From positions 1 through 53,420 of IMG/VR virus record IMGVR_UViG_3300042544_000638: a DNA stretch of 53,420 bases. The stretch is one strand, 5' to 3'. Numbering within the stretch: position 1 is the stretch's first letter; each line of letters begins with the position of its first letter. Below the pieces are notes generated by a model. It did not search any database. It was not told where the DNA came from and worked only from the letters and a program-made list of their open reading frames with translations. The stretch is from a virus. Taxonomy: Duplodnaviria; Caudoviricetes. Shown here in pieces: positions 18,517-29,367 of this stretch. The position numbers were made by a program, and so were the translations under genes.

Positions 18517-21500
18517 GTATTACGGAAAGACCAGTTGATTCAGCATTAAAGACTATGCTTGTTAATAACGAGCCTTTTCAGTATGCTCATTTAATAAAGT
18601 TTGAAAGACCATCTAGACCCGACTCACTATCGGGTCTAGTGTCTACTGCGAAACAAAGATATACCTATCTCACCGATGCTAGTATTAACGTAAGCTTCGA
18701 TGATGGTAGTAAAGATTTAAATGGCACTGCAAACGGAACTCAAGTTTACTTAGCAAATAAAGTTCTTAGTGTAGGAGCCATACAAGAACAAACCAAAGCC
18801 ACGACTTCTAACACCTCTCTAGTATTAGATGGAAATGGTCTAGGAGCAGATATAACTGTTAATGCTACTGTAACTCTTGTATCCACTGGTATTTGGGATA
18901 TAACTCTATCCGCTCCAACATCGTTAGATGACCTACTAGCGGAAGGTTTCAGAGAAGGCGATAAAATAACTGTATATAATGGAGTAAATCCAGGAACAGA
19001 TAACAATGGTGTACCTGTTAATATAAATAGTTTTAGAGCAAATAATGTTCTACGCGTTACAAAAATAGATTCGGATCTTACTACTTCAGTAGGTAGCATA
19101 TCTACTAGATTAAAACTAGCTTCCGAAGAAATTATTAGTATACTACTAAATAAAAACTCACCTGACTATTCATCGTTTATTAACAGAGAAGTATTTATCT
19201 ATAGAGCGCACTTTCAGAATGGTGTAATCGTTGGCACTCCTATATGTATATTTAAAGGTATTATCAATGGCGTTAGCTTCGAAGACTCTGATACATCAAT
19301 CAAAGTAACTTGGGGACTATCAAGTCATTGGGCAGACTTCTCTCAGGTAAAAGGGAGAGTTACCTCTGACTCGGCACACCGAGCACTAGATGCAAATGGT
19401 ATGCCTCAGGTATCCGCAGCACTAAAACCTATCTATGCTTATGATAAAGGTTTCATTCATGGTGAGACTTCTATAAATATATTAGCAAAATACTCTGTAC
19501 AAGTAGAGAAACAAGAAATAAAAGTTAAGAAAGGCTTTTTAGGCTTATTTCCTAAAGTCAAAGTAAAGAAATCTCTAGTAAATGAAGATAGATTTACTGA
19601 TCTAGATTTACAGATTCAGGCAAAATCTATACCTGTTATTTATGGAGTAAGAAAATCGGATGCTATACCAGTATTTGCTGATACTTTAAAAAATAACAGC
19701 GCAGAAGTATACGTTGCATTTGTCTTATGTGAAGGAGAAATTGGAGGTATTTACGATGTTTATATCGAAGGTAATAGTCTAATATGTAATGATGCAGCTG
19801 ACTTCGATGCAAGAGCAACACAAACCTCTGATAAGACAGTAGAAGTAATTTGTAGAGGAAGATCAGATAGAGGAGATGTTCTAGGCGGAGTGTCTAGCGT
19901 AGCAAGTACTTCATATGACTACTATACTGAAGAAGGAGAAAGAGTATCTGTATCTAATCGAGACACAGGAAACTATCCTGGAGCCTGGCGATCAAGTGAT
20001 TATATACCTCCAGCATACGCTCCTACCTACAATAACTATGGTATAATTGACGGAGAAAGTATATCTCTTATTACTCCTTCTAATATGACTTTGGATGTGT
20101 TCACAGGTAAGTCTGGGCAAAAGGCATCTGCTTTATTATCAAAAATTGCGTATGATAAAAACTTTAAAATTCAAGAGTCTTATTGGACAGGTAGCGATAC
20201 TTATGAATATTGGGGACCAAACCACAGATTAATAGATACTGCTTATCTAGTAGGTAAATTTATAATCTCAGAAGGGGACACTACAATTCCCGAATTGAGT
20301 TTTATTGTAAGAGGAAAAATAGTTGACTGTTATAATTATGACTATAGTTATTTACACGATAGTAAAGCCTCTTCCGAATCTCATACAAACTTCCTTTTAG
20401 GTGATACTGTTACTTTGTGGAGAAGTGATACTAATACTCAGATAAATACCACCGACTCTCTACAGATTATTGATAAGTGGACTTTTATAAATCCAGATGG
20501 AACAACCAATGTAAGGTTTAGACTTAGCTCGCCTCCGGCACTCGGATATGATAATAGTGGTAGACCAAGTATAAAAAAGTTTTATATGAAGAGCGCATCA
20601 AACGCAACATGGACTATGGTTACGCATAACTATAATATATTTGGTGCAGAGTATTCCGATACTTTAAATAGAAAGTTTGTTCAGGAACGTATAGCCTCAT
20701 TGATAACTTCCACTACAAATTCAGCTGGTTTATTAGGTATAACGTTCGCATCTAATCCTACTATGACCACTAATGGTGATACTAAAAACTCTTCCGCACT
20801 ATTTAGTGTAGTAGAAGTCAATGATGAAGACGCAGCTAGACTAGATAGATTAAATGATAGACAAACTTTTACTACAGCAATAGTATCTGGTCCTACTACT
20901 ACTACTACTGTAGTAACTGAACTACCTTACACAGAATATGTTCCAGAAATTAATAATATAATTGTTTCGTCTCCACAACCTGTATACCTTGCGTCAAATA
21001 ATACTGTAAGAATTCCAGACAGTGCTAGCTCAGTAGATAACTTTTATAAAGGTTATTTAATCGAGATAACTAGATATAATTCTATAACAGGTAAAAGCTT
21101 AGTACAAGTAGGGGAGATAGTAGGGTATAATGGAAGTAATAGAGTAGTTACTATTGATGGTATATGGGACTTTATTCCGGCAACTACAGATACTGTAAGA
21201 ATATATCCTAAATATGCAGATGGAAGAGTAAGTATTAATCCAGCTATACAGACATTGGACTATATAACTTCACCAAGTTATGGTAAAGGTCTAGATGCTT
21301 ATGACGATTTGAATCTTCCCTCATGGTTAGAGACAGCGAGAAAATGCGATACTAGGTCTGATGTAACAGTATTATTATCTACTGGAGCACCTGTTATAGG
21401 CGATGTATATAGGTATACTAATTCAGCAGGAAAAATAATCTGGCAAGGAGAAGTAACTTCAATATTAGGTAACTATGTTACTTTCACAAATGTTTTAGGT

Positions 21501-23015
21501 AAACTAAGTAACAAGTGGAATTCATGGAAAACTTTTAATAAAGATGAGATTATATACAATGTAGAGGGCAATCTTTATAAAGTAACCGCGGATCCCAATA
21601 CAGTGATCTCTACTGAGCCAACTGCTCTAGTTACTCCATCTGGTATCACCGCTTTAGTTTCTTTAAATTTATCTAGAGCGAGCGGAATTGGAAGTGCTAC
21701 TCTAGGAGTTGATATTTCTTCCGGCAATCCTGTACAAGGTATCAAAAACGGTCAAAAAATCTCTGGGTATTCTGTCTATGATTGTGATGATATTAACTAT
21801 TGGAAAGTATCTGGATGGGACGAACACGCTCAAAGATACGCTACAAAGAATCAATGTAATATAACTATTGATACTTCTGCTCCGTTATTTGATAACGTAA
21901 ATGGTATGTTAGAGCATTTCAACGGTATACTCAGATATACAGCAGGTAAATACTATTTAGATATAGAAGAAGCCGAATATTTTATTCCAACTAGTGATAT
22001 AAGAACTATTACAGTAGACGATATCATTGGTAAGATACAATTAAGCGACGAAGGTACTAGATCTGCATTTAATTCTTTGACAGCATCTTTTGCTGATCCT
22101 GCAAATAAGTTCGAACCTAGAAATGTGAGTTTCTTTAATTCAGACTATTTGAAGGCAGATAGAAATGTATCTAAGAAAGGCAACCTGTCTATTCCGGGTA
22201 TAACAAATTACTATAATACTAGAACTCTAGCTGATAGCTTTTTAAATAAGTCTAGATTTGGACTTACTATTAACATGACTCTCAGGCCTTCTGGATTTTT
22301 ACTTCTTGCTGGAACAGTAATTCAAGTAATCTATCCTAGATATGACTGGGTATCTCCTGGTAAGAAATTTAGAATAGAATCAATTAATTATCAGCCAGAT
22401 GGATTAGTAGATGTTGTAGCAAAAGAGTATGATAATAGTTTTTATATAGGAACTAATATAAGAAGAGTGCCAGGTACTGGAGCAACTACAGTACCAACTA
22501 CAACAGCTCCGGGAAATCCTACTAATCTAATTGTTACAAGTGCTGATACTCAAGATGAGTTGGCAAATGGAGTAGAACTATTCTGGGACAATAACCCTGT
22601 AGTTAATGAATCCATAAATGCTTCTACAGAGATATATGGTTCTCTATGTCCTAATTTATTTGTTACTGTAACAAGTATAAGTTCAAATACTTTAAATACA
22701 GCCACCGTTCATGATTTAGTAGCCGGTATGCCGATTTATCCGGTAGACAACTATACTACTCAGATAGATTCAAATAATGTATACTATATATTAGATACTC
22801 CTACTACTACTAGTTTTACTTTAACTAGTACTAAGAATGGTACAACTCCAGTTACTCTAACTAATAGTGTATCATTAAACTTAAGAATAAGAACCGCAAC
22901 GTTATTAGGTGCTGTTCCAACTCCAGTAAGATCTTTTGTTGATAACGTTGCTAACGTCGGTACAGGAAGGGTCGAAAAATACTACTGGGTAAGACATAGG
23001 ATAAATAGATCATGA
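18513..23015 (+). CDS. Baseplate hub / tail tip protein (T5 pb3-like) with insertions
   Basis: [52 protein letters not shown]; FnIII-like C-terminus; 1500 aa. Confidence 0.85.
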   Translation: MSITERPVDSALKTMLVNNEPFQYAHLIKFERPSRPDSLSGLVSTAKQRYTYLTDASINVSFDDGSKDLNGTANGTQVYLANKVLSVGAIQEQTKATTSNTSLVLDGNGLGADITVNATVTLVSTGIWDITLSAPTSLDDLLAEGFREGDKITVYNGVNPGTDNNGVPVNINSFRANNVLRVTKIDSDLTTSVGSISTRLKLASEEIISILLNKNSPDYSSFINREVFIYRAHFQNGVIVGTPICIFKGIINGVSFEDSDTSIKVTWGLSSHWADFSQVKGRVTSDSAHRALDANGMPQVSAALKPIYAYDKGFIHGETSINILAKYSVQVEKQEIKVKKGFLGLFPKVKVKKSLVNEDRFTDLDLQIQAKSIPVIYGVRKSDAIPVFADTLKNNSAEVYVAFVLCEGEIGGIYDVYIEGNSLICNDAADFDARATQTSDKTVEVICRGRSDRGDVLGGVSSVASTSYDYYTEEGERVSVSNRDTGNYPGAWRSSDYIPPAYAPTYNNYGIIDGESISLITPSNMTLDVFTGKSGQKASALLSKIAYDKNFKIQESYWTGSDTYEYWGPNHRLIDTAYLVGKFIISEGDTTIPELSFIVRGKIVDCYNYDYSYLHDSKASSESHTNFLLGDTVTLWRSDTNTQINTTDSLQIIDKWTFINPDGTTNVRFRLSSPPALGYDNSGRPSIKKFYMKSASNATWTMVTHNYNIFGAEYSDTLNRKFVQERIASLITSTTNSAGLLGITFASNPTMTTNGDTKNSSALFSVVEVNDEDAARLDRLNDRQTFTTAIVSGPTTTTTVVTELPYTEYVPEINNIIVSSPQPVYLASNNTVRIPDSASSVDNFYKGYLIEITRYNSITGKSLVQVGEIVGYNGSNRVVTIDGIWDFIPATTDTVRIYPKYADGRVSINPAIQTLDYITSPSYGKGLDAYDDLNLPSWLETARKCDTRSDVTVLLSTGAPVIGDVYRYTNSAGKIIWQGEVTSILGNYVTFTNVLGKLSNKWNSWKTFNKDEIIYNVEGNLYKVTADPNTVISTEPTALVTPSGITALVSLNLSRASGIGSATLGVDISSGNPVQGIKNGQKISGYSVYDCDDINYWKVSGWDEHAQRYATKNQCNITIDTSAPLFDNVNGMLEHFNGILRYTAGKYYLDIEEAEYFIPTSDIRTITVDDIIGKIQLSDEGTRSAFNSLTASFADPANKFEPRNVSFFNSDYLKADRNVSKKGNLSIPGITNYYNTRTLADSFLNKSRFGLTINMTLRPSGFLLLAGTVIQVIYPRYDWVSPGKKFRIESINYQPDGLVDVVAKEYDNSFYIGTNIRRVPGTGATTVPTTTAPGNPTNLIVTSADTQDELANGVELFWDNNPVVNESINASTEIYGSLCPNLFVTVTSISSNTLNTATVHDLVAGMPIYPVDNYTTQIDSNNVYYILDTPTTTSFTLTSTKNGTTPVTLTNSVSLNLRIRTATLLGAVPTPVRSFVDNVANVGTGRVEKYYWVRHRINRS

Positions 23016-26000
23016 CAGCATACTTCTCAGAATTTTACCCTTCAGAAATAACGCAGGGTGCTAAGGGTTCCGCTGCTTTCGCTGGAACTACAAATATAGC
23101 TATATTACAGTTATATAAAAGATCGGCTACAACCTTAGGTAATTCCGACAAGCCAAATGGAGCAGTAACTTATACATTTGCTACTGCTACGTCTAATCTT
23201 TCAAATATTACAAACGGATGGACCGCTACTATACCTTCAGGCTCCGACCCACTTTATGTGGTCGGAGCCACCGCGGCAAGTACAGAAGCTACTGATACAA
23301 TTGCAGCAAATGAGTGGTCAACTCCAGTTATTTTAGCACAAAGTGGGGCAGGATTAAATACAGCCACAGTATTCTTATTTAAAAGAGGCAATACTAGTAC
23401 TCCTCCTTCATTACCTACTCAGACAGCTACTTATACTTTTGCTACCGGAATAGCTCTAGGATCTTCTAGTGCCGGTAACACGGTATCACCATATTTAGAC
23501 GGGTGGACTCAAACAGCTCCAGACAGTGCTGGAAATAGATACTTATTTATCACTACTGCTGCAGCTATAAGCACTGGTGCTACAAGCAGTATTATTCCTA
23601 CTCAATGGGCAGAAGTAAAAGTATTAGCACAGGATGGAGCCACTGGATATACAGGGTATCTAACAAATGAATCTCATACTCTACCCGCTAATTTTAATGG
23701 AGGTGTTACTAGCTACTCCGGAGCTACTGGACAGTTTAGAATCTTCTTAGAAGGAATAGGAGATATATCAAACTCTTTCTCCTTATCAACTGTAGCTAAT
23801 CCTCAGACCTTATCAATAGCTTACAGTGGAAATACTTATACTGTTAGTGGAGGTTTTGACGCTCTAGAAGATGTTGCTACAGTTACAATAAGAGCTACAG
23901 GATCTGGGGCTTATGCAGGTGTAAGTCTTGATAAAGTATTTAGCTTAGGCAAATCTAAATCCGGAGAAGATGGAAGTTCTCCTAAAATAATTGTTGTAAC
24001 TTCTGATAGACAATTAATATCTTATAATACTGCGAATAGCTTAAATCCGGCAATACAAACAACAACGTTTTCCGTACTTAAGCAAAATACGACAGGTACA
24101 GTTAACTGGACTATACAGGATACAGCAGGAAATACATTAAGTCCTAGTACATATCTATCTGCAAGTACAGGAGATAGTATTACTCTTACTGCAGCTAATT
24201 TTAATTCAGCTATATCAGTAAATGCAACGCAAGGAATAATTATAACAGCTACTGTTACTGATGGAACTGTTATCACCGATAGAATTACTTTAATGAAAGT
24301 TAAAGAGGGGCCACAAGGAGCACAAGGCGGTCAAGGTAACCTAGGTCCCCAAGGTAACTTAGGTCCACAAGGTAGTCTAGGTCCTCAAGGCTCAACTGGT
24401 GCTCAAGGTGCAATGGGCGCTCAAGGTGCTCAAGGTGCTCAAGGTGCTCAAGGATTCCAAGGTGTACAAGGTAATCCAGGACCTATTGGTCCTCAAGGTG
24501 CTCAAGGTGCAGTAGGGTTCCAAGGTGTACAAGGTAATCCAGGAGCCATAGGGCCTCAGGGTTCTCAGGGTGCAATAGGAGCACAAGGTGTACAAGGTAA
24601 TCCAGGAGCCATAGGGCCTCAGGGTTCTCAGGGTGCAATAGGAGCACAAGGTGTTCAAGGTAACCTAGGTGCTGTAGGTCCGCAAGGTGCTACGGGTCCG
24701 CAAGGTGCTCAAGGTCTTCAAGGTGCTCAAGGTAATCTAGGTGCTGTGGGTCCGCAAGGTGCGCAAGGTAATGTAGGATTTCAAGGTTCTCAAGGTAATC
24801 CAGGTCCTACTGGGCCACAAGGTGTGCAAGGTGCTCAAGGTGCTATAGGTGTACAAGGTGCTCAAGGTAACTTAGGGGCCGTAGGTCCACAAGGCGTACA
24901 AGGTGCTCAAGGGTTTCAAGGCTCTCAAGGTAATCCAGGTGCTACAGGTCCGCAAGGTAATGCAGGTCCACAAGGTCCACAAGGTGTTGTGGGTGCACAA
25001 GGTAATCCAGGTAACGTAGGTCCACAGGGTGCTCAAGGTGCTCAAGGAGTTACAGGTTCCCAAGGTAATCCAGGAAACGTGGGACCTCAAGGTGCTCAAG
25101 GTGCCTTAGGTCCTCAAGGTATACAAGGTAATCCTGGAGGCGTAGGACCTCAAGGTGCTACAGGACCTCAAGGTAACACAGGACCTCAAGGTGTCACAGG
25201 ACCTCAAGGAGGCGTAGGTCAACAAGGTGCAATAGGAGATACGGGAGAAACAATATTCCCTTATTACACCAATGCTCCTAGAACATATCTAGACTCAGGG
25301 GCAACTAACCAAGCGACTTGGACCGCCGTAACCGTGTATAGTAGAGGAGACCTTAGTTTTTATGGAGGATTTAACTGGGTATGGAAAGGTTTAGATAATC
25401 TCACTACAGGATTTCCAGGTACAGATTTAAACTGGGTTAAAATACAAAACTATAATTTGCTTACACCGAAAGGCAAGCAGACTGTTAGTGGTACTTTTTC
25501 TACTGTTGGAGGAGTTTACCTATGGTATTCTATACCTACCTTTGTTCCTGGTGGCGTAACTAATATATTCTGGCAAATTTATGCACAAGAAGCATTTTCG
25601 GCTGATATTAAAGCTGCTTCTTTCGCTAATTACTCTGCATTTCTAACGATAGGAGCGCAGGGACCAGTAGGAGAGCAAGGAGCACAAGGACCCCAGGGCT
25701 TACAAGGCAATCCAGGACCTACAGGTCCTCAAGGTGTTGCTGGCGCTCAAGGCGCTGCAGGCCCTCAAGGTGCTCAAGGTAACGCAGGTGCTCAGGGTAA
25801 CGTAGGTCCTCAAGGTGCTCAAGGTTTAACAGGTGCTCAAGGTAACTTGGGTGCCCAAGGTAACCTAGGAGCCCAAGGAGCTGTAGGTCCTCAAGGTGGC
25901 CAAGGTAATCTAGGGCCCCAAGGTAATGTAGGAGGTACAGGTCCACAGGGTCCACAAGGTTTAACAGGTGCTCAAGGTAACGTAGGTCCTCAAGGTAATC

Positions 26001-26770
26001 TAGGGGCTCAAGGTGCTCAAGGCTTAACAGGAGCCCAAGGTAATCTAGGGCCTCAAGGTAATCCAGGGGCTACAGGTCCTCAGGGGCCTCAAGGTTTAAC
26101 AGGTGCTCAAGGTAACGTAGGACCTCAAGGTAACTTAGGTGCTCAGGGTGCTCAAGGTGCTCAAGGTGGTCAAGGCAATCTAGGTCCTCAAGGTAATGTA
26201 GGAGGTACAGGTCCTCAAGGTCCACAAGGCTTAACAGGAGCCCAAGGTAATCTAGGTCCACAAGGTGCCGCTGGTGCTCAGGGCGGTACTGGTCCTCAAG
26301 GTGCTCAAGGTAATGCAGGTGCTCAAGGTAATGCAGGCCCACAAGGTCCTCAAGGGCTACAGGGTGCTCAAGGTAATGCAGGTGCTCAAGGTAATGCAGG
26401 TCCTCAAGGTCCTCAAGGACTACAGGGTGCTCAAGGTAATGCAGGTGCTCAAGGTAATACAGGACCACAAGGAGCTATAGGCGCTGCTGGAGCAACGGTT
26501 GCATTTGATGTCGATAGTACTGTTGACTCCGATGCCGGTAAGACAACATTATTACAGGCTGTAAAAGGCAGTGCCGTTGCTGTAAATGATATTTACTGGC
26601 ATATACAATCTGATCAGATGTGGAGATATTCTGGTGCAGCATGGATCAAACTACCTACTCTGTCAAACGGTACAGGAGGGAGTAGTATAAATCTCAATGG
26701 AGGTTCTAATCGAATAGAGGTTAGAGATGCGGCAGGCGTAATAAGAGTAAAAATAGGTAATTTAGCTTAA
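23012..26770 (+). CDS. Collagen-like central tail fibre
   Basis: Two long Gly-X-Y tracts; ATGA overlap with hub gene; C-terminal [27 protein letters not shown] typical of central-fibre ends. Confidence 0.85.
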   Translation: MTAYFSEFYPSEITQGAKGSAAFAGTTNIAILQLYKRSATTLGNSDKPNGAVTYTFATATSNLSNITNGWTATIPSGSDPLYVVGATAASTEATDTIAANEWSTPVILAQSGAGLNTATVFLFKRGNTSTPPSLPTQTATYTFATGIALGSSSAGNTVSPYLDGWTQTAPDSAGNRYLFITTAAAISTGATSSIIPTQWAEVKVLAQDGATGYTGYLTNESHTLPANFNGGVTSYSGATGQFRIFLEGIGDISNSFSLSTVANPQTLSIAYSGNTYTVSGGFDALEDVATVTIRATGSGAYAGVSLDKVFSLGKSKSGEDGSSPKIIVVTSDRQLISYNTANSLNPAIQTTTFSVLKQNTTGTVNWTIQDTAGNTLSPSTYLSASTGDSITLTAANFNSAISVNATQGIIITATVTDGTVITDRITLMKVKEGPQGAQGGQGNLGPQGNLGPQGSLGPQGSTGAQGAMGAQGAQGAQGAQGFQGVQGNPGPIGPQGAQGAVGFQGVQGNPGAIGPQGSQGAIGAQGVQGNPGAIGPQGSQGAIGAQGVQGNLGAVGPQGATGPQGAQGLQGAQGNLGAVGPQGAQGNVGFQGSQGNPGPTGPQGVQGAQGAIGVQGAQGNLGAVGPQGVQGAQGFQGSQGNPGATGPQGNAGPQGPQGVVGAQGNPGNVGPQGAQGAQGVTGSQGNPGNVGPQGAQGALGPQGIQGNPGGVGPQGATGPQGNTGPQGVTGPQGGVGQQGAIGDTGETIFPYYTNAPRTYLDSGATNQATWTAVTVYSRGDLSFYGGFNWVWKGLDNLTTGFPGTDLNWVKIQNYNLLTPKGKQTVSGTFSTVGGVYLWYSIPTFVPGGVTNIFWQIYAQEAFSADIKAASFANYSAFLTIGAQGPVGEQGAQGPQGLQGNPGPTGPQGVAGAQGAAGPQGAQGNAGAQGNVGPQGAQGLTGAQGNLGAQGNLGAQGAVGPQGGQGNLGPQGNVGGTGPQGPQGLTGAQGNVGPQGNLGAQGAQGLTGAQGNLGPQGNPGATGPQGPQGLTGAQGNVGPQGNLGAQGAQGAQGGQGNLGPQGNVGGTGPQGPQGLTGAQGNLGPQGAAGAQGGTGPQGAQGNAGAQGNAGPQGPQGLQGAQGNAGAQGNAGPQGPQGLQGAQGNAGAQGNTGPQGAIGAAGATVAFDVDSTVDSDAGKTTLLQAVKGSAVAVNDIYWHIQSDQMWRYSGAAWIKLPTLSNGTGGSSINLNGGSNRIEVRDAAGVIRVKIGNLA
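24308..25252 (+). repeat. Collagen Gly-X-Y tract 1 (about 105 triplets)
   Basis: [12 protein letters not shown] triplets; includes an exact 63-bp tandem duplication at 24521-24646. Confidence 0.95.
25652..26497 (+). repeat. Collagen Gly-X-Y tract 2 (about 94 triplets)
   Basis: [12 protein letters not shown] triplets; CAAGGT repeated throughout. Confidence 0.95.
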
Positions 26771-26782
26771 AGGAAAACAAAA

Positions 26783-27328
26783 ATGTTTATTATGATTGAC
26801 AATTTCTATAGAAATGCTATAGAAACTAGAGAATTCGCTCTAACTTGTGATTTTAACGTAAAAGGTAATTATCCCGGTGCAAGGACAGCTCCTTGCACCG
26901 GAGAGTATGTCACTAGTATTATTAAAGAGTTTGAAAATATTCTCAATAGAAAAATTACTTATTGGCCTGACCAATATAATACATCTTTTCAGGTAACTAC
27001 ATCTTCGGATACTACTTGGATACATCATGATGGTACTACAGAGTGGGCTGCTGTAATATATCTCACTCCAGATGCTCCAATAGATAGTGGTACTGGTATA
27101 TACAGACACAAACCTACAGGTATATTTATGCATGATCCTAAAAATGATATCGACTTTAATGAAACTCCTACAAACGAAAGTGATTGGGAAATTATAGCAT
27201 CAGCCGGAAATATTTTTAATAGATTAGTACTATATAAAGGTAGTTACTATCATAGAAGTATTGTCCCAGGTTTTGGATCTTGTAAGGAGGATGGAAGGCT
27301 TTTTCAAACCTTCTTTTTTAATACATGA
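26783..27328 (+). CDS. 2OG-Fe(II)-dependent oxygenase (prolyl-hydroxylase-like, DUF6445-like)
   Basis: WIHHD (HxD), AAVIYLTP, GTGIY, FNRLVLY..YYH, GRLFQTFFF: HxD...H triad plus 2OG-binding Arg. Confidence 0.8.
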   Translation: MFIMIDNFYRNAIETREFALTCDFNVKGNYPGARTAPCTGEYVTSIIKEFENILNRKITYWPDQYNTSFQVTTSSDTTWIHHDGTTEWAAVIYLTPDAPIDSGTGIYRHKPTGIFMHDPKNDIDFNETPTNESDWEIIASAGNIFNRLVLYKGSYYHRSIVPGFGSCKEDGRLFQTFFFNT

Positions 27329-28230
27329 AATTACTAGTTACATTATTAACTTCCAATGATGTTAATAGACTGTCTAGACTAATAGACAGCTTCTTAAAAC
27401 AGAATCCTACTAATTATTTCTCGCAGGTAACGGGAGTCATAGTAGTTAATACTACCAATGACTCCTATTATCAGGAAGTATTAAGTAAAAAATTTCCATT
27501 ACCAGTAGTTAGAACAGAAAGCAATAGCAGACCCGGAAAAGGTAAAAACTCTTGTCTAGAAATATTCCTTGACTCAGATTTTGATTTTGTTAGTCAGATA
27601 GATGGTGATGATATATTATATCCTACGTATTTACAATCTCTAGCTGAACATATATCTAGGTTTCCTTGTATTGATGTACTAGGTATAATTCCTATGGATG
27701 TAATAACTGATGATAAAAATATATTAGGACATAGAATAGAATTTACAGATGAAGTAGTAGGAGGGGTCTGGGGTATAAGTCTTATTCACCCCTCCTCCAA
27801 TAACCCAGGACCTGGTAGATCTTATATGTGGGATAGCCCTCTACCTCAGTCGGCCGATTTCATTATTCTGCAAAGTAGAAAGTCGGCAGAAATAAAAATG
27901 AACGAAGCTATGGGCGTAGGCGAAGATCATCTTTACTCACTGCAACTACTTTCTGAACATCAGAAAGGCAATCTTTGTTATTTTCATACTATGTCTAGTG
28001 ATATGTTTATAATAGATAGAACTACTACTGACTCAGTTCAGAAAATATATCCGCAGCACGAACACGTAGGTGAGCTGAAAAAATTAGCTTTAAACTATGT
28101 AGCTGAGCATAGAAGCAGTATGTGGGAACTTCCTATAATCTATAAGGAATTACTTCTATCAAGTGCTGAGAAGGAATACTGGTTAAAGAAATTCTGTTCT
28201 AATTATAATCATATATGGAATACAGTATAA
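27325..28230 (+). CDS. GT-A fold glycosyltransferase (GT2-like)
   Basis: N-terminal beta strand LLVTLLTS, PGKGKNS, DFVSQIDGDD (DxD), GEDH acceptor motif; ATGA overlap with oxygenase. Confidence 0.78.
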   Translation: MKLLVTLLTSNDVNRLSRLIDSFLKQNPTNYFSQVTGVIVVNTTNDSYYQEVLSKKFPLPVVRTESNSRPGKGKNSCLEIFLDSDFDFVSQIDGDDILYPTYLQSLAEHISRFPCIDVLGIIPMDVITDDKNILGHRIEFTDEVVGGVWGISLIHPSSNNPGPGRSYMWDSPLPQSADFIILQSRKSAEIKMNEAMGVGEDHLYSLQLLSEHQKGNLCYFHTMSSDMFIIDRTTTDSVQKIYPQHEHVGELKKLALNYVAEHRSSMWELPIIYKELLLSSAEKEYWLKKFCSNYNHIWNTV

Positions 28231-28240
28231 GGAGATTTAA

Positions 28241-28567
28241 ATGGCGTATGGTTTAGAAGCCTGGGATGCTAATAATATAAAGACTATTGGCTTAACTACT
28301 AAAATAGCTAAATTTTTTGGTACCGCGAATATTGGAAATAGCTATACAGGTACAGCTGTTTCTGGTACGATTACTGATTCTAGATTTACTCAATATAGTG
28401 GGCATACTCCTTTTGCTATGCCTATTTTTGGAGGAATCGATCTAGACGGTAATACAGTAGTACTTAGTTTTAGTGGCAATACTTTAACTTGGTCTTTTCC
28501 AAATGGAGCCCAGTCGCCGGGTTCAAGCACTAGACCTAATACTACTATAACATATGGGATATTTTAA
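28241..28567 (+). CDS. Small tail-tip accessory protein
   Basis: MAYGLEAWDA start, SFSGNTLTWS, ITYGIF end, typical of small genes following central fibres; AAGGAG RBS. Confidence 0.6.
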   Translation: MAYGLEAWDANNIKTIGLTTKIAKFFGTANIGNSYTGTAVSGTITDSRFTQYSGHTPFAMPIFGGIDLDGNTVVLSFSGNTLTWSFPNGAQSPGSSTRPNTTITYGIF

Positions 28568-28569
28568 TT

Positions 28570-29325
28570 ATGAGCTATGGAATGGAAATATATGCCTCGG
28601 ATGGTACTCTACAGGCAAACTCCGAAATGCTATGTTGGTTCTGTAGAAAAAGTGGAACAGGTACTACATTAGTAAAAGGGTTAGGCTTAGGAAACACAAC
28701 TCCTTCTAGAATAGAAGTAGACGTTACAGGAATGACCAATCCTGTAGTTGCTATACGAATGAATGGATATACGGTTGCTCGAGCGGGTGGTTATGGTATA
28801 TTTACAAGTGATGCTCCAGTAGGAACTTCATATACTTATTACATATTTGATTATTCTGCTTCATTGCCCGCATCTACAGGTTATGGATTAGAGATATTTA
28901 ATGCAGCTGGGCAGCGTACTTTTAATAGTAGTTATTTTCCTATGCAGGTTTTAAATATATTAACAGGCAGTAGCAATACTTTTATATTCGAAGCAGCTTC
29001 ACATACTGGCAAAGCCTTAGCTATTGCAAGCTCCGTTATGGGAGGTTATAGAACCGCTGGAGACTTGTACTGTTATGATACCGGAGGTCCTAGTTTCATT
29101 GATGGATACTGTAATGATATAAAGTATCAAAATGATCATAAGCTTTATGGAGGTGCTCTAAGCAATTCCTCTCAAACAGTAGTTACAGGAAATGTAAGTT
29201 TTGATGATGTGCTAGTTTCTGCGGGTAATTCAGATAATTACTATGTACCCCCTAATTGGGATAGACCAACTAAAATATTAGTAATCGACGTTACAAATAT
29301 ACCAATAGGAGTCACTTTCTATTAA
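28570..29325 (+). CDS. Tail-tip / putative receptor-binding protein
   Basis: MSYGMEIYASDG and internal GYGLEIFNAAGQRTFNS repeat; last gene of the virion operon. Confidence 0.6.
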   Translation: MSYGMEIYASDGTLQANSEMLCWFCRKSGTGTTLVKGLGLGNTTPSRIEVDVTGMTNPVVAIRMNGYTVARAGGYGIFTSDAPVGTSYTYYIFDYSASLPASTGYGLEIFNAAGQRTFNSSYFPMQVLNILTGSSNTFIFEAASHTGKALAIASSVMGGYRTAGDLYCYDTGGPSFIDGYCNDIKYQNDHKLYGGALSNSSQTVVTGNVSFDDVLVSAGNSDNYYVPPNWDRPTKILVIDVTNIPIGVTFY

Positions 29326-29367
29326 AAAATAAGCCCCGCTAGATTGCTCTAGCGGGGCTATTCTTTT
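29324..29367. terminator. Bidirectional terminator between the converging virion and replication operons
   Basis: AGCCCCGCTAGA-TTGC-TCTAGCGGGGCT, 12-bp stem with A-run on the left and T-run on the right. Confidence 0.9.

Noticed and set aside
2061-19099. Many minus-strand ORFs inside the structural genes
   Set aside because: Antisense to well-supported genes, mostly with non-ATG starts, and no recognisable motifs
24392-26480. Repetitive antisense and alternate-frame ORFs (LEHL..., TLST..., VLKV...)
   Set aside because: Shadows of the collagen CAAGGT repeats; no RBS or independent coding signal
24308-26497. Repeat array considered as CRISPR or DGR template/variable repeat
   Set aside because: 9-bp coding periodicity with no unique spacers, no adenine-specific variation, and no reverse transcriptase or cas gene in the window
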